Made by a program: the position numbers and the translations under genes
Part shown: piece after piece, positions 13,570 through 28,000 of the stretch
Layout: each line of letters starts with the position of its first letter
How positions within the stretch are numbered: position 1 is the stretch's first letter
NCBI GenBank assembly: GCA_051294375.1
Contig: CM119263.1
Span: 13,470,414 to 13,534,413 of the forward strand
DNA length: 64,000 nt
Direction: 5' to 3'
Origin: Paraspadella gotoi
Taxonomy: Eukaryota; Animalia; Chaetognatha
The notes under the pieces: model-generated
What the model was told of the DNA's origin: nothing
Databases searched by the model: none
The model's input: only the letters and a program-made list of their open reading frames with translations

Positions 13570-15526
13570 ACCATTATCCTATCCACGAAACGTGCGAAGC
13601 CATCTTCGTGGCGTCGCATGATTTCACCTCCTCCTCTTTGGTCGCTTTATTCTCGCTATTCAATTTCCGTCGGCGGCGCCACCAGCGGCAAAGACAGCGA
13701 ACAAACCGCTAAAAAGGGCGAAGAAACGACAAAATGCGTCGAAAAAATGTAGAAAAGAGGCGAGTATAGTTTTGATAAGTGTTCGAACGAAATAGGTCCA
13801 TTGAGAAGTTCCAAACGTTTTTGTTTCATTTCTAAGTCAAATTGAATTAATTTATTAAGTAGTAGTTTTATTTAAATCAAGAAGAATATGTGGTCTTTCT
13901 GGCCAAATGATCTTTAAGAAACCGACTTATCTCAGCTCCTTATTGACATCGTTAAAGAGATGTTCGGGATGTTAGCAAATCAGCCCAGATTTGTGATTCA
14001 TCAGAAGGTGGAATTTTTATGAATCTTTTTTCATCTAAAAAAATTACAAACGTGAAAATATTAGCTAGTCTGTTTCCCTTCTATTTTATTACTAAATCTC
14101 TATCTTGCTGCCTTCTCTATTTGCTTTTAGTTTTCTTTTAATTGTGCTCAGTTTTCCTCTAACTGCCCTTCTATGTTTTTATCTTTCGTTTACTTTTTGC
14201 GAGAAAGTTTGAAAAAGTTTAAAGGCAACTCTTTATACTTTAAAAAGGTATTTGTGTTTACTCGGCAGCTCAGCTTAGCTTAGCTTTGCTTTGCTTTGCT
14301 TTGCTTTGCTTTGTTTTGCTTGCTTTGCTTTGTTTTGCTTTTCAGAAGCTGAGATATGCCATTTTCTCAAAGATCAGTTGGCTAGATACACCTAATAGTC
14401 TTCGTTATTTCTCAGTTTTACCGAACCCTGATACGTTCGTCCTGCCAATTTCAAAATTCCTTTCCTCGTTGTCACTATGACGTCATGTGACGTCGAAATT
14501 ACGCGTCGCTATTGATGTCATTGGATCATCTCCTAAAGAATCTACGCAGCGAAGAAATGCATCATCTGTCATCCTCATCGCGGTGTTTTTTCAAGTCTTC
14601 ATTCTCGAATCAATAACAACAACGACTAATCTGCAGACAAACAATCGGGAACCGAAAGAGAAGCGAATTGATTCACTGATTCACCGAAGGACTAAAATTG
14701 TCTCGTTTCTGTAATCTCCCTCCCTTCTCATTTTACTTCCAAGTTCCAACTATTCACTTACCAAAATATGCCTCACCCAAGCAATAAAAATAGTTTTCTT
14801 AATTTAAAAAAAAATGTTTATTGAATGTTTTCTTTTGTAATACCTTTTCATAAAAATATTCTTCGTTGGACATAGTTTTCACATTCCTTAACTTTAAAGT
14901 CTCATCCCTCAATCTGGATCAATCGGTGCCTAATCCCGTTTCTAGCCGCAGCCCCCCCCCCCTTTTTTTTTTCTTCCCCACTACGCCCTCCCAAATCTAT
15001 TCTTGATCGGCGTCGCCCTTTCGTGAAAAGGTTTTTGGATCTCGACTGGGCCCGTCTCTTCTCTTTGCACCTGCGAGCTATTGTGGCCGAGGGTGCAGGA
15101 GAGGGCACTTTTTAAAATCTATCAAAATTATTAATTTAAATCTTGCTAATCTCTTTTCGTTTGTTGAGCATCCTGTTTTACGTATTAATCAGAAAAGCTA
15201 CTGTAAAAGCCCCGCGGTCGATCCACTTGCGACTTTGCAGTCTTATTGACCTTTTCTCAATTTTCATGATTTAGTCCCAACGATAGTTCCAGTATCGAAA
15301 TATTCTGGTTCCAAGTATAGATCCTTGGATCTCCAAAACCGCCCTCAGCGGAGCGAAGGATTATGAGCTTCTTTTTTGCAGCGACTCGAGATTTGAGAGA
15401 CATTGTTACAAAAGTCTTTCAATTTCTAACTCCTTTGTACAGGGTGGTTTTTCTCGTTTGTACAGAATTTATGGACGCTCTGAATCCTCTTCTCTGAGAC
15501 TTAGTCCCTGTATTTAACAGAAAAGC

Positions 15527-15655
<129 letters not shown>

Positions 15656-16495
15656 TTAAAGCGAGAGCGAGAGACTCCCTCGTTCTCCCCAAAATATGGT
15701 ATCAATTTCGTGAATGGGTCTCGCCAGAAATTGGGTCCCGACCCCGAGTAGCGGGGAAAAATCCTATTCTCCCTCCTCATGATTCAATTTTCTCTCTCGA
15801 ATTTTTTTCTTGATCCCTCGTACGAACATGTCAACAAAACCGAGAAGAGAAAAAAAAATTAGGAGAAAAAAAAACCGAGGAGACAGAGAGCGAGCGAGCG
15901 AGCGAACGAAAAAAAAAAGTTAGAGACGAGGCGATGAATAGGAACGAAGATCCGCAATCAATGCCGCGTATGAATATTCAAGGATTAAGATACTCTCTCG
16001 TCTCTGTAGCGCCCTGGCCTCTCCTTGCGGCTAGAGAGAAAAATGAATGGAATTAAACCACAAATACTGAACCTTTGCGCAAATAAAAAGCCACTTGGCT
16101 CCTTTTTCGGTCTCTTTCTTTGGGTTTGGGTTTAGGGTCGGTTTGGGGACGAAAAAGGCGTAAGGTGTCGAAATGGGTAGGTATGTATTTTGTACTTCGT
16201 AGGAAATAATGTAAAATTATCAAAGATAGAAATGTAGCGGAAAAAAAGATAAATACGACAAGTCTACAACAAGATAAAGATAAATAGACACAAAACAAAT
16301 ACAAAAACAAGATTATATCATTTTATTTCGCCTTTTATTTCCTCCTAGTTGCGTTCGATCCTCTGCAACCTTTTCGCCCGCCGATTCGACCGTCTCTATC
16401 CACTCGACAAACAAGGCGTTGGGCCTGAAATACATATTCTATTTTTAGAATTTTTGACTTGAGAAAAAAAAAAGAGAAGCGAAAAAAACTGTCGA

Positions 16496-16589
<94 letters not shown>

Positions 16590-17588
16590 TGAGTAAAAAA
16601 AAACAAGGTAGGGTGTAGCTAAAAATCCGCGAAGGTTTTGGATTTAAAGTTTAAATTCCCAGGACTTCATTGGGATATGCAAACCGCGACGTCCATAAGG
16701 AGACGATGGTGAAGAGGGAGGGGGACGGAGAAAAGAGGGGGGAAGGGAGGTGGGGGGGATATATTAGGGTGTAGAATAAAGGAGGGGAGAAGGAAATGAG
16801 GGCAGGGAAAAGAAAAATGGAATGGGGGAGAGAAGAAGAAGACAAAGAGGGGGAAAGTGGGACGTGGGATAAGGGAGGGTAGAGTCTCAAGCAAAGATGA
16901 GAAGGGAATCAAAAGTTTCGTTACGCGTTTAAGTTGAAGGTTGTAATTATTTGTTAAGGACTGAAAGATGTCGAAGAAAAAAAAAGTGTTTGGAAAAGGA
17001 CAAGGCCGAGATAGGTTTAGGGATGAGTGAGGAAGAGGGCGTGAATGTCGTTCGTTAAAAAAGATTTAAATTTTATATAAAAATCAGATAACATGTATAT
17101 AAGAATGTGGGTTTAAAAATAAGCCTGATGTAAGAAGACCGTAGCGCATTTGGCTTGAGAGTATTAAACCATCTTTCTTAACTTTTATACTTTTTCTCTT
17201 CCATTAGATTTTCAGTTTCCGATCTGTCCTGTATATCCAGAGTCCCATGCTCTTTTTCGTACGCTTTCTTTTTTATTTTCTCTCTTTTTTTTCTTTCTTT
17301 TCCTTTTCTTTTCTTTTTTTATTCCTGTCGTTCTTTTTTTTTTGCCGTATGCATTCATCAGCAGCGTTGATGATATTATTTTTGAAATTTCGATTACCCA
17401 ATCCTCTTTCTACGTTACGCCATGTCTTTTCTATATTTCGCCACTGCGTCTCCCGCTTCTTTGTACTCCCGTTTCCTCTCCACACCAGACCATCCCAAAC
17501 CCAACCCCCCCGCCGGCACTCCCATAACCAGTTCGCCGTCTCAGCGGCGATAAAAACGCGGCGCGGATATTTGGAACAGTTTGTAGAC

Positions 17589-17722
17589 CTTTTCTTGTCT
17601 CCCTCCTTATGACTGTTCAGCCGTGAGAGCACGTAGCCGTCTTTGAGAAAGCCAGGGACCCATGGCTTGACGAGGTGATATTCTGGGTGGGCGGTGGGGA
17701 ACGGGAGCCTTTCAGCCTTCAT
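17589..17722 (-). CDS. Candidate isolated first coding exon MKAERLPFPTAHPEYHLVKPWVPGFLKDGYVLSRLNSHKEGDKK(R), product unknown
   Basis: ATG in an aggATG context; 30 of 44 codons end in G/C; complex sequence amid low-complexity DNA. The donor (AG|GTCTAC) is weak and no downstream exon was found. Confidence 0.35.
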
Positions 17723-18736
17723 CCTCTTCACCGAAAAACCTCTCTCTTTTTGCCCTTAACAAAACTCTCGTCTCTCGTCTCATCTCACTCTCTCTCTCGC
17801 GATTCGCGTCTCTCTCTCTGCTCTCTCTCTCTCTCTCTATCGGGCGCGTTCGCCGTTCCGGCTCTTCTACTCTACATCAAAAATATTAAAAATAACAAAG
17901 GGAAACTTTTTTTCTTCAATTGCCAGAATTCTTACCTCTCATTCTACTCGTCTTGAGGCTTGAGCGGCATGAGCCCCCAACGTAACCAACTTTCTAAAGA
18001 TCTTAAACTCCATCTCTTTCTACAATTATCTTTCACGGGGCTAAGAACCTTTTTTTTAAATTCGTATTTTGTCGGATTCTATTTTTTGGATATAGGCTAT
18101 TGGGGTTGTGTTCCCTTTTATTTTTTTTGAAAAGGTGCTTCATGGTGGAGAGAATGAGACGTTAAGAGAGAGAGAGAGGAGGAGAGAGAAGAGGAGAGAG
18201 AGGAGAAGAGAGAGAGGAGAGAGAAGAGAGAGAGAAGAGAGAGAGAAGGAGGAAGAGCACAGAAAAAATGGAGAAGAGAACAAATATGCGGAGAGCGAAT
18301 CTGAAATGTATTTTTTAGTGGTCGTATTTCGGAATGCGCGAAGGTTTTTTTTTCGATAAAAGGAAAAAGTTGGAAGTGAAAATGCATTTTCGGAAAATGA
18401 AACTTCGTTGAAAACGAAAATTTGTAAAAGCGAACTAAGAATTTCTTCCTAAAATCGAAACCGCCTTCTCAGTGTCGATTGAAAAATTTCACAGTCAAGT
18501 TCCCTTTTACCGAAAATGTAATCCACCTCGCGGTTTTAACCTTTCGCTCTTTGCCGATTTTTACTTCTTAACGCCCCCCCCCTTCCAAATCTATCCATCA
18601 CCCCTCGCCCCTTCACTCCCCCCATGGGCTCCTTTTCTTGAGACGCATGATTATTCAACCTCTCTAATCAATGTGTCAAAATTTTAGCAAGGGAAGTGAT
18701 AAAGAGGTTCTACGTGCCTTTGGAGGCCCACGGCGT

Positions 18737-18769
<33 letters not shown>

Positions 18770-19910
18770 CGCAATAGGACCAACGATTGAGAACCCTCGT
18801 GGGAGGGGGAAAAGAAGAGAGTAAGGTGCGGGCCTTTGTTCCAGATCTTCGTTGAACAGGTGTCTCGAACGAGTACATTCGAGACGAAAAAGAAAATTAT
18901 TTAATCATTAATTATAAAAATTTAAAAAATCTGGATCTCGATCTTTCCCGTCTTAGTTAATCGAGTTTCGCCTTTTCGATCCCTCGGAAATCTCCTCCGG
19001 TCTTTTCAGTTAATAAATCTGCACCGACGTCGACGACTTGTCCAGAGTGGCAAATTGGCGGAAATGCCACCCAGGACGAAAAACCTGTCGATTCAACTGG
19101 AAACGGGAATCGAAGTCCTCGAGAAAAGTCGGGAAAAAGTCGAGGGATTTCGTTTACCTCGATCGCGTTAATAAAGATTTTTAACAAAGTTCCGCTTACA
19201 ATTTTAACAATTTAACTTTGTTTTTCCCCCACATCTATGTCAACAACTTCAGTCTTTTCTTTTCCGTTCTTCTCTCTTCTGACGCAGTGAGCGATCGAAA
19301 CGTCGATGCGTCATTTCTCGGTTGCCTCGGGTGGCGTGGGTGGCTACGCAACGAGGGTGGCGTTGGATGCCTCAACCGACGCCCGGCTGGGAGTCCGCGA
19401 TAAAAGCCTTCGCTTTAATCGTGAGAAAAAAACGCAGATCACGAATTCGCGCCGTCAAGTCGCCCGAAAACGAGCGCGACATTACAATAAATGTTAATGT
19501 AAATATCTCTTTGAATGGCCGTAAACTCGATGCCGTCAGAAGCGGATAGTTTGTCATGTCCTTCATGATTCACGTTCTATTTTCGAGTTTAAGTTCTTTG
19601 AGTTCAATTAACAACAATTTATTTCACTTTCGTATTTTTTTTAGTTATTTTTAGAATGTCGGACGAATGTAATTGATGTCGAAAAAATGTATATTTTACG
19701 CGAGGTCTACAAAGATCTTGTGAGGAGTCTCTAACCTTTAATTCTGTTCCCTTCGATTTTACGTCATACAAAAGGGGAAACAAATACACACACAAAGCTT
19801 GAAAAAAAAAATTTGAACGTTTGTTCTTCGAAAATTCAACGTTAATGTCACATGAATGTCGCCACCAATTAAGTGCCTTCCTTCTCAGGGGGTCTCTCCT
19901 CTCATCCGTG

Positions 19911-19975
<65 letters not shown>

Positions 19976-21569
19976 CTCTCTTCTCTCTCTCTCTTCTTCT
20001 CGCCGCGGACGAGTCCAGTTGGCGCGATCACGTGACTTAGGTCGGCGCGCCTCCCTTCTCCCGTCGACCTGAGAAGACGTTTACGATTGACCCCCAATTA
20101 AGCCACGGATAATTTTAAAAAAAATTCTCTCGGTTTTCAAAGGAGACGCCGATTTATTTTCTCTCTCGCTCTCTTAGTAATGTTAAGTCAGAAAATGAAT
20201 ATTTATCGATTTTAACGTTCGCTAAATGGTTTTCATTTTCTGCGGTTACGTTTCAAAAAGTGTCCGTGGGAAATTCTAAATAACTAAAATAAAGAGAAGT
20301 TGAGATTGCAGCGGGGGGAAAAAAATTGAAACTCTCATCCGAGAGACTTTTAATTCGATTTATGATAGTTTGCTTTTTCTTTTTTTTTTTTGGGATCATT
20401 GAAATGACAAAGAAACAAAACGGAAAAAAAATATATGGATTTGTGGCGAAAATATGGAAAACCGTAGCGACGGTAGCGGATCAGGTTTCAAGAAGGTCGT
20501 TTACGTCTTTGACGACGACGACGACGACCTCTCGGTAAGTGACAACGACGACCTCGACGTCAGCGACAACAATGACGCTTCCACCCTCCACGACGACGAA
20601 AGGACGACGACGATGACGCCGGCGACGACGCGACTGCTCTTCGAGACGACGAGCCCGGGGGGATCCTAATTTGTAATATTTGTCTCTTTCTTTTTTCTTT
20701 TCTCTCGAGTTACGACTCGGAGGAGAGGATCCTCGACGGAGGTCCCGGTCGGCCGCACAGGGTGAAGTGGGGAGGCCGATCGAGGATCGAGATCTCGAGT
20801 GCGGGGATGAGGAGTGGGGATGAGAAGTGGGGACCAGAAGTGAGAAATGATCATAGAATGATTTGTAGGATGATTTGCGGCGGAAATTAGAAATCGGAAT
20901 CCACTCGAAAGGAACAAATTCGCCAGACGGTACGTGTCTCAAGTGAGCAGAGGTGAATAATGCCAAACAAAGTTGAAATAAACGTAAAATGCGGTAAAAT
21001 CGACGGGCAAGTTGATTTTTTTAGGTATTTCGAAAGAAAACAGAACAAATCAAAAAGTTATAAAAACAAGAATGTTAAAATGTAGGTGACGCTTAAGCAG
21101 CTCAACGTCTTGAGAAGATTGACGTAGGAAAGGAAGTGGCGTAGGCTCTGACGTCCGTGGCAATAAAAAGTTATTGTTGAGCTTGGTAAAAAAGTTCTCT
21201 AAACCAATCTTGCTTGGTTTCATAATAAAAGAGTCACCTTAATAAAATAATCAAAGCATATAGATATTCCATCTGCTTATCAGCACATGTTATATCTATA
21301 TGTATAAACAACAAGCAATAAATGATGAGAGTTAATTAAGTAATTAATTAAACAAGTTAATAAACACATTACAACCATGATAAAGAATAGCCAGTTTGTT
21401 TGAGGGAATGAGAATTGTAAATGTCTTTGGGAAAACTAACAGAGCAAAAATAGATGAGGAAACAGCTGATATTATAAATCATTTGCTCTTTTGTTTTAGT
21501 CTAACAAAAGGTCAACAAAGTAAGATAATACTAATAATAAATGGATGTTTAGTAAAGTCACTCTTAAAA

Positions 21570-21630
21570 GCCTTACTGGCGATTCAGGTTGAATCTTCGG
21601 CCTAAGGCCAGAGGGTTCCGGGTTCAAACC
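21570..21630 (+). mobile_element. tRNA-derived SINE head remnant
   Basis: A-box-like TGGCGATTCAGG and B-box GGTTCAAACC; no complete cloverleaf. Confidence 0.4.
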
Positions 21631-21968
21631 ACAAATATACGATAACTGTTTTTTCTTTTTTTAAATTATCCTTTAGAGCTCTCACTGCTTATTTCTTTTT
21701 CCCAGATTCATCCGTTAAATTTTTTTTTTCCGCCACGACATTACAACAACGCGTGACACCGTCGTCTTGGCAACGCGTGACACCATCTCCTCTCGCGTCA
21801 TTGACATCAATTGACGAGATAATCAACTTCGGTTCGACAACCGACGATCCACAAACGTGGAGCAACAAAAAAAAAAAAAGGACGGGTCCGCCTCCCTTTC
21901 TTCCTTTTTTTTCGTCGCGACGGGGGAGTTCCCCTCCCTCTTTCTTTGCTTTCCTTAATTTCCTTTCT

Positions 21969-22047
<79 letters not shown>

Positions 22048-22181
22048 CCTCTTCCTCTTCCTCACTCCTCCGCCTCCTTCCGCCTGGAACGTGACACCCC
22101 CTTCAAATAGCGGCTGATCTCTTTGGTGCCTCCCTCTCGCACTTTCACTTGATTTTCCATATTTCGCTTTTTGCCTCAATC

Positions 22182-22281
<100 letters not shown>

Positions 22282-22457
22282 TCTTAACAATGGGTTTTTG
22301 GGGGAGAGCAATTAGGCACAAACCTTTTCAAGGCGTCACGCCTTCAATCGGGCCGCCGCGACGAAGCGAGAAAAAAAAATATTTCCCTTTTCTTTTCTTT
22401 CTTTTTTCTCTTCTTTTTACGAGAGGGTGAACGAGTGAAAGAGAGAGAGCAAGAAAA

Positions 22458-22523
<66 letters not shown>

Positions 22524-22741
22524 TTTGGCTGATTTTATTATAAGTATTTATAATTTTGTCTATATTAAACGATGTACGTATTCATTTTTTTTTTACCTCT
22601 GTGTAGATATTTTTGTGTCTTTCATCGGCTTCATTTGATTCATGCCGGCGACGGCCGCTTGGCGGCGCCACCGATCCAAAAAGCCGTGACTTTGCATAAA
22701 AACAGGAAACCGTGTGAAATTGGAAATAGGTGAAAATAAAG

Positions 22742-22800
<59 letters not shown>

Positions 22801-23075
22801 GCTCTCTCCCTTTCTCTTTATCTACTTCTACAGTCCTCTCCCTGTCTTTCTCTCTTTCTCTTTTTCCCTCTTATCTCTTTCTCTCTCTCTCTCTCTCTCA
22901 TTTTCTCCTCTTAATTTTGAAATTATACTCAAGAGAAAAGTTCATTCACCTTAACAATGCGTAAACTTTAATTTATTATATCAAGAAATACATCCTCATC
23001 ACAAAAAAAATCCAATTTATTTTATATTTATATGTATATGTTTTCAACTAAAACAAAGATAACCTCATTTAATCA

Positions 23076-23512
23076 TCAATTACCCGCGAGGACGTCGGCA
23101 AATTTTTTTAACTCCTCCACAATCTCCGTCCGGTACTGCACCAACTCCTCCTTCAACTTATTCAAATCGACTTTGAATTGATCGATGACGGCGTCGTTGG
23201 CGATCACGTCCCGGCGCACCCTCTCCAATTCTTCCTCCAAGGACTTCGATCGACTCTTAACTTCCCCGATATTAACGTCACGTGCCGCGCCCGCTCGGTA
23301 CACATTCTCCAACTTGCTGTCTGTGTCCTTGCCCGCTCGATAAATTTCGTTATGGACCTTGTCCAAGTCCTTGTCCAATATATCGCGAAGGGAGGCAAGC
23401 TGTTCACCGTTGCGGGCCACCGTCTTATTAGTCAGCTCCGAAGTTCGTTTCACTTTGGTGAACTCGATCATGGTGCGGCCCACCTGTCGCAAAGCGGTTA
23501 GTAAAAAAAGGA

Positions 23513-23604
<92 letters not shown>

Positions 23605-24743
23605 AGTGTAGAAAACAAATCAGAAAAAAAGGAAAGATAAAAAAGAAAACGAAAAAAAGAAAGGTCAAAGTTTACTAATCAACTACTTTTTCAATTAAAA
23701 CCTGGTTTTCCAAGCTGTTGAGATCATTTTGGAGATCCTTTATTGATTCAGAATTGCCGAGGACATTCAAACTCCTGATAGAGCTAAGCTTCATCTCTTC
23801 GTTCAGCTTCTCCTCCACGATCTTCAGTTGATCGGTAACGTTGACGACGAAAACTTCTATCCTGCCTTCGGCGTCGCGGAATCCCTCGTCGACTTGAGTC
23901 GTCAATTTCTCCAAGAGACCGCGATTGTCGCCGATGGCAAAGTCGTGCTCCTGCAATTCGGTCTGGACCACGTGATCCCTCTCCACAAGGTAGAGGATAG
24001 CTTGGGACTCGTTTGAGCTGATTAGGGACGTATTCAGTTTGGCTTCAAGGGCAAAGATGGCGCGACGCGTCCAATTCGCCGCCAGCTTTGCTTCTTCCTC
24101 GTCGCGACGCAGCTTGATCTCGACGTCGTTGACTTTCTCCTCTATTCGATCTCGATCTTTCTCCGTCGCCCGCAGTCGCTGGTCGACGTCCTTCGACTCG
24201 TCCTTCAACGACGCCACCTCGACGGCAACGTCCTCGACGGCGCGCTCCACCTCTCTTCGCTTGACCTCGGCTTCTCGCTCCACTTCGCAGATCCGCTCCT
24301 CCAACCGATTCAACTCCTTCTGGACGTTTTCGCGTCGTTGCTCCTCATTTCGACTCTGGTGGAGCAGGTCGCCGCGAATGCTCTCCACGTTGCTGCCGAG
24401 TTGGCTTAAACCCTTCTTCAACGCCTCAAGGTCGGAACCGTTGGTTCGCTCGAGTCGATCCTCGATCGCGTCCAGCCTCTCGAAACTGGCATCGATCATC
24501 TTGACGGCGGAGCTGACTTCGTTTCGAAGTTCCGAAATTTTGTTGTCGAGATCTCGTCGGACAGTAGTGCAGCATTGGCGACTGATTTGGGTATATAATG
24601 ATTATTTATAAAATCAACACATTAAACAATAATTCAATACGTTAAAAAGCATTTACTGACTCGTAGTAAGGGACAAAGTCATGTCGAGCGGAGACGAAGG
24701 CAACGCCCATGCAAGACGCGACGAAGACAACGAAAAAGTTCAT
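23076..24743 (-). CDS. Secreted long coiled-coil (glyco)protein, 456 aa; exons 24743-24661, 24581-23702, 23483-23076
   Basis: Signal peptide MNFFVVFVASCMGVAFVSA. Donor GA|GTCAGT and acceptor aaatcag|T (phase 2, YYD-RQCCTT). Donor CAG|GTTTTA and acceptor with a ctaac branch site ...gcgacag|GTG (phase 0). All frames join without stops. Heptad-like E/K/R/L-rich sequence with six N-X-S/T sequons (NGS, NWT, NTS, NES, NVT, NKT). AATAAA at 23021-23016. Confidence 0.88.
23512..23603. repeat. (AAAG)n microsatellite in intron 2 of the coiled-coil gene
   Basis: Directly visible; forms a long pyrimidine tract on the minus strand upstream of the branch point. Confidence 0.95.
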
Positions 24744-24803
24744 ATTTGCGGTATTAGATGCCGAACGATCAAGAAAATTGCAGCAACCTTCGAACGAGGT
24801 TAA

Positions 24804-24833
24804 GCTGATGTAAGTGATTTCGTCGTTTTTATA
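24804..24833 (-). promoter_or_regulatory. Core promoter of the coiled-coil gene: TATA box plus initiator-like TCAGC
   Basis: TATAAAAA at 24833-24826 and TCAGC at 24808-24804, about 27 nt from TATA start to the Inr A and about 63 nt upstream of the ATG. Confidence 0.6.
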
Positions 24834-26992
24834 CAAAAGATTTAATCTCTCTCTCCCTTTCTTTTTCTCGACTCTTCCCAGCTGTAAAAACGGAAAGGAT
24901 TCCCAAATATCCCTGACATTGATTTTGATTTTTTAAATGACTGCCGTGATGGCCAATGAACTATAATTATCATCTATTTCAACTATTTTTAACTGTAATG
25001 AAAAGAGTCAAGCGAGAAATCTCATGTTAACAGTAATCGCTGTATTTTGACAGGATTTTCAGAGGCTATTTTCAAGGCCGATTTAAAGGTAAATCGTCCG
25101 TCACCCATCAATCAATTCCGATGGAACAATCGTGGCTCTCAAATCCTAAACAATGGATTTAGTTTTCACTTCGTCGATTAATTTCTATCCAGATTAAACT
25201 ATCGAATTCCCTTTGATTAGCTTAATTCACTCTGGTTTTTCTCTCTTTTTTTTTCTAGTTTTGTGTTTGCCTTTTGTTTACCTGAGTCACTCGTTCGTTT
25301 CAGGATTTGTTTGCAGAGGGCGTGTTGTCGGCGTGGGATCCGCAGAAACAAACAAACAAAAGGAAAACGGATCAATATCCGAAACGAGGCTTCGAAGCGG
25401 CCAAAGAGAGGCGGAGTGAAAGCGAAAGAGAAAGAAAAAGCTTTCCGTTCGGACTCCGTTAAAACGAGTGGAAAATTTACGTGACCGTTTTCCAGTCATT
25501 AGACTCGGTCGAACGATCCAAGAGAGGACGCCATAACCGATAACGTTTAGAACGTGGTTTAAAACGGTCTGGCTCCCGTTTTCGAATTGAACGGTTGGAA
25601 AATGAAATATCAAAGATTTTAATAAAACTTATACAGCGTAGAGACTTTTTTTCATTCGACATCGGGGTTCTTAAAGTTTGAAGGGTTGTCATTAGTCTCT
25701 AACAGGTTACGCTTCTCCCGATCTCCGCGACAAGGCACGTAGAAGGTAAATCCCCCCCCCTCGATTCCTCACCCGCTTCGTCTCACCCTTTGACGAAATC
25801 CGATCTCCATCTCCCTCGAGATTTCGCGAAAAACCGTCCAATTTTCTGGCGTCGAAATAAAACCCAATGCTAAAAAACTAAAACGACCGGAAAAAAAAAA
25901 TATAAATAAAACTAGAAAGAGAAAAATAGAGAAAAGGAAAAAAAAAATCTCGATCATCCAACGGGAAAATAAGAAAAGGGGGAAAAAAAATCCTAGTTTT
26001 TCCTTTTCTCGTGAAACATTTGAGGTTCGAAAGGGAAAAATCGGCGTCGAATTTTGTTTTACACGGCGATCAAAATAAATGAGCCGCATAACGCCTGAAT
26101 TCCAAATGTTTCTGCGGCGGCTTTATACGCGTAAAAGTACCGAGAGAGGCATTAAATGAAGCTGATCATCATTATGTAAATCGGATTGTTCTACCTCGCG
26201 GGAGGGAGAGGCCGAGACGACGACGACAACGATGACGACGACGACAACGATGACGACGACGACGACGACGTGGCAAAATCCCACTTCCGGTTAGAGTTTA
26301 TGGACCGACATGCGTTTCTTTCCCCTATTTTCCCCCCTATTTTTTTTCATTTTAATTTTTGTTCAAATTCGTTTGTTTCGCCTACAGGAAATGGGGCTGA
26401 GTACCTTTTTAAACCGAAGCTGTAATCCGCTGAGTTTTAATTTCTAAATTTCATTTTTATAAATTTTATTTCGAAATACATCGACACAATGAGGACGTGA
26501 TGAGAATGAGGCGTATTGATTTAAAAAGACTTGGCAATCACTCTTTGGTTCTCGGAGTTGGATGATTGTACCTTTTCTCTTCTCAATCCAAGTTTTTTGC
26601 TTTAATGTCATTGTTAACCTTTTTTCGCTTTCGTCTTTAGACCGCACGAGGCCCATTTGTTGCTTGAAGTCGGATTTCAACCCGTCAAACAGTCGCTGTT
26701 TCGCCTGCTGATTGAAAATCAAACAAGACCCAAAAAGTGCGCAAATAACATGGCGTCGTCGTCGTCGTCGTCGTCGTCGTCGACGTCGCCGCAGCCGGCG
26801 CGGACTCCGCAGCGGAAGGCCTGCTGCCGACGCTGCAGCCGAAATGTAGACGAACATCACTTTCTCAGTCAAATTCAGCGCCACCACCGCGTCCGTTAGA
26901 GCCCTTGAAAGCTAAAATTAAACTTCTCGTGTAATTTATATACCAACCAACCTGAGTTAATTAATAATTATATCCATTCAAATGATTTTTTT

Positions 26993-27586
26993 AGCCGGAT
27001 CTGCACCTAGCAGATTACGGCCCTTCGATTCACTTTGTCGGTCCTACCACAAAATCTTGTCGGTAAGATCATGTCAGAACATAAAATTATGATAAATTAT
27101 GCAAAAAAAACCGATGTCCGTCCGTGTGTCTGTCCATCAACACCTCAGCCCTAACGCTTATTTGAAATTTTTTGTGAAGTAAAAAAAGTATTTGATTGAG
27201 CAGGAAATCTAGTTTTGATGGACTCGTCCAAATGGAATTTAACTTAAATGGAAAAAACTAAAAAACCCATTCCAATCTTTGATTATGCGTTTTTTTACTT
27301 TTTATATTAAATGTGAAAGAAACCGGCATTAATTAATTAATTAATTAATTAATCACTTTGGAAAATTAAAAGATAAAAAGAAAAATGAAAAAGAAAAAAA
27401 GAAAAGAGAAAAAAATTGAAAGGAAATTTATATTTATATTTATATATTATATTTAATTTATATTTGATAAGTATGAAAAATTAATTAGTTAAATAATTGA
27501 TTTATTAATAATTAATTAATTAATCATTTGATCAGCTGCTTATCGCTTATGTTCATGAGCAGATCAGGCAAAGTTTGCTTCTTTTT
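26993..27586 (+). mobile_element. Non-autonomous Helentron/DINE-1-like element (HINE)
   Basis: T-rich flanks; 5' GCCGGATCTGC and 3' inverted GCAGATCAGGC subterminal repeats; 3' GCAAAGTTTGC stem-loop; internal (TCCG/TCTG) microsatellite; body homologous to 50240-50686. Confidence 0.65.
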
Positions 27587-28000
27587 CAAATATAAAGTAC
27601 TAGAGTCGATTTTCCTCGAGAAAACGACTGCACATTTTTTCAATAGAGCTTTTCCTTCGAATCTGACGAACGTGAAGCAAAATAAAATTACATGACCCGA
27701 TTAGAAAAGCGAGATTCCGATCGCGCAGTGTCTCTATCGCGAGTAAAATTTTTTATATGGCTTTTTCATATGAAACAAACAGGATTAAATTACCTACTCA
27801 CTTCTGGACTGACTTTTCCTCATTTTCAAATTTTTACTTTCTATATAAATTAAAAGAAAAAAATTACGACAAGATAAGATCTTGAGGGCAAGATATCTGT
27901 GAAAAAATTATTCAAATTGTTCTTTTTTCACGAAGCTATCGTTCACCAATCTAATCAGGCGTTCCAAATGAATCAGTCCGCTCGTTTATATAACAAAAAA

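Noticed and set aside
26444-26887. 147-aa minus ORF
   Set aside because: Built around a (GAC)n run; the remainder has no recognisable domain or convincing splice chain.
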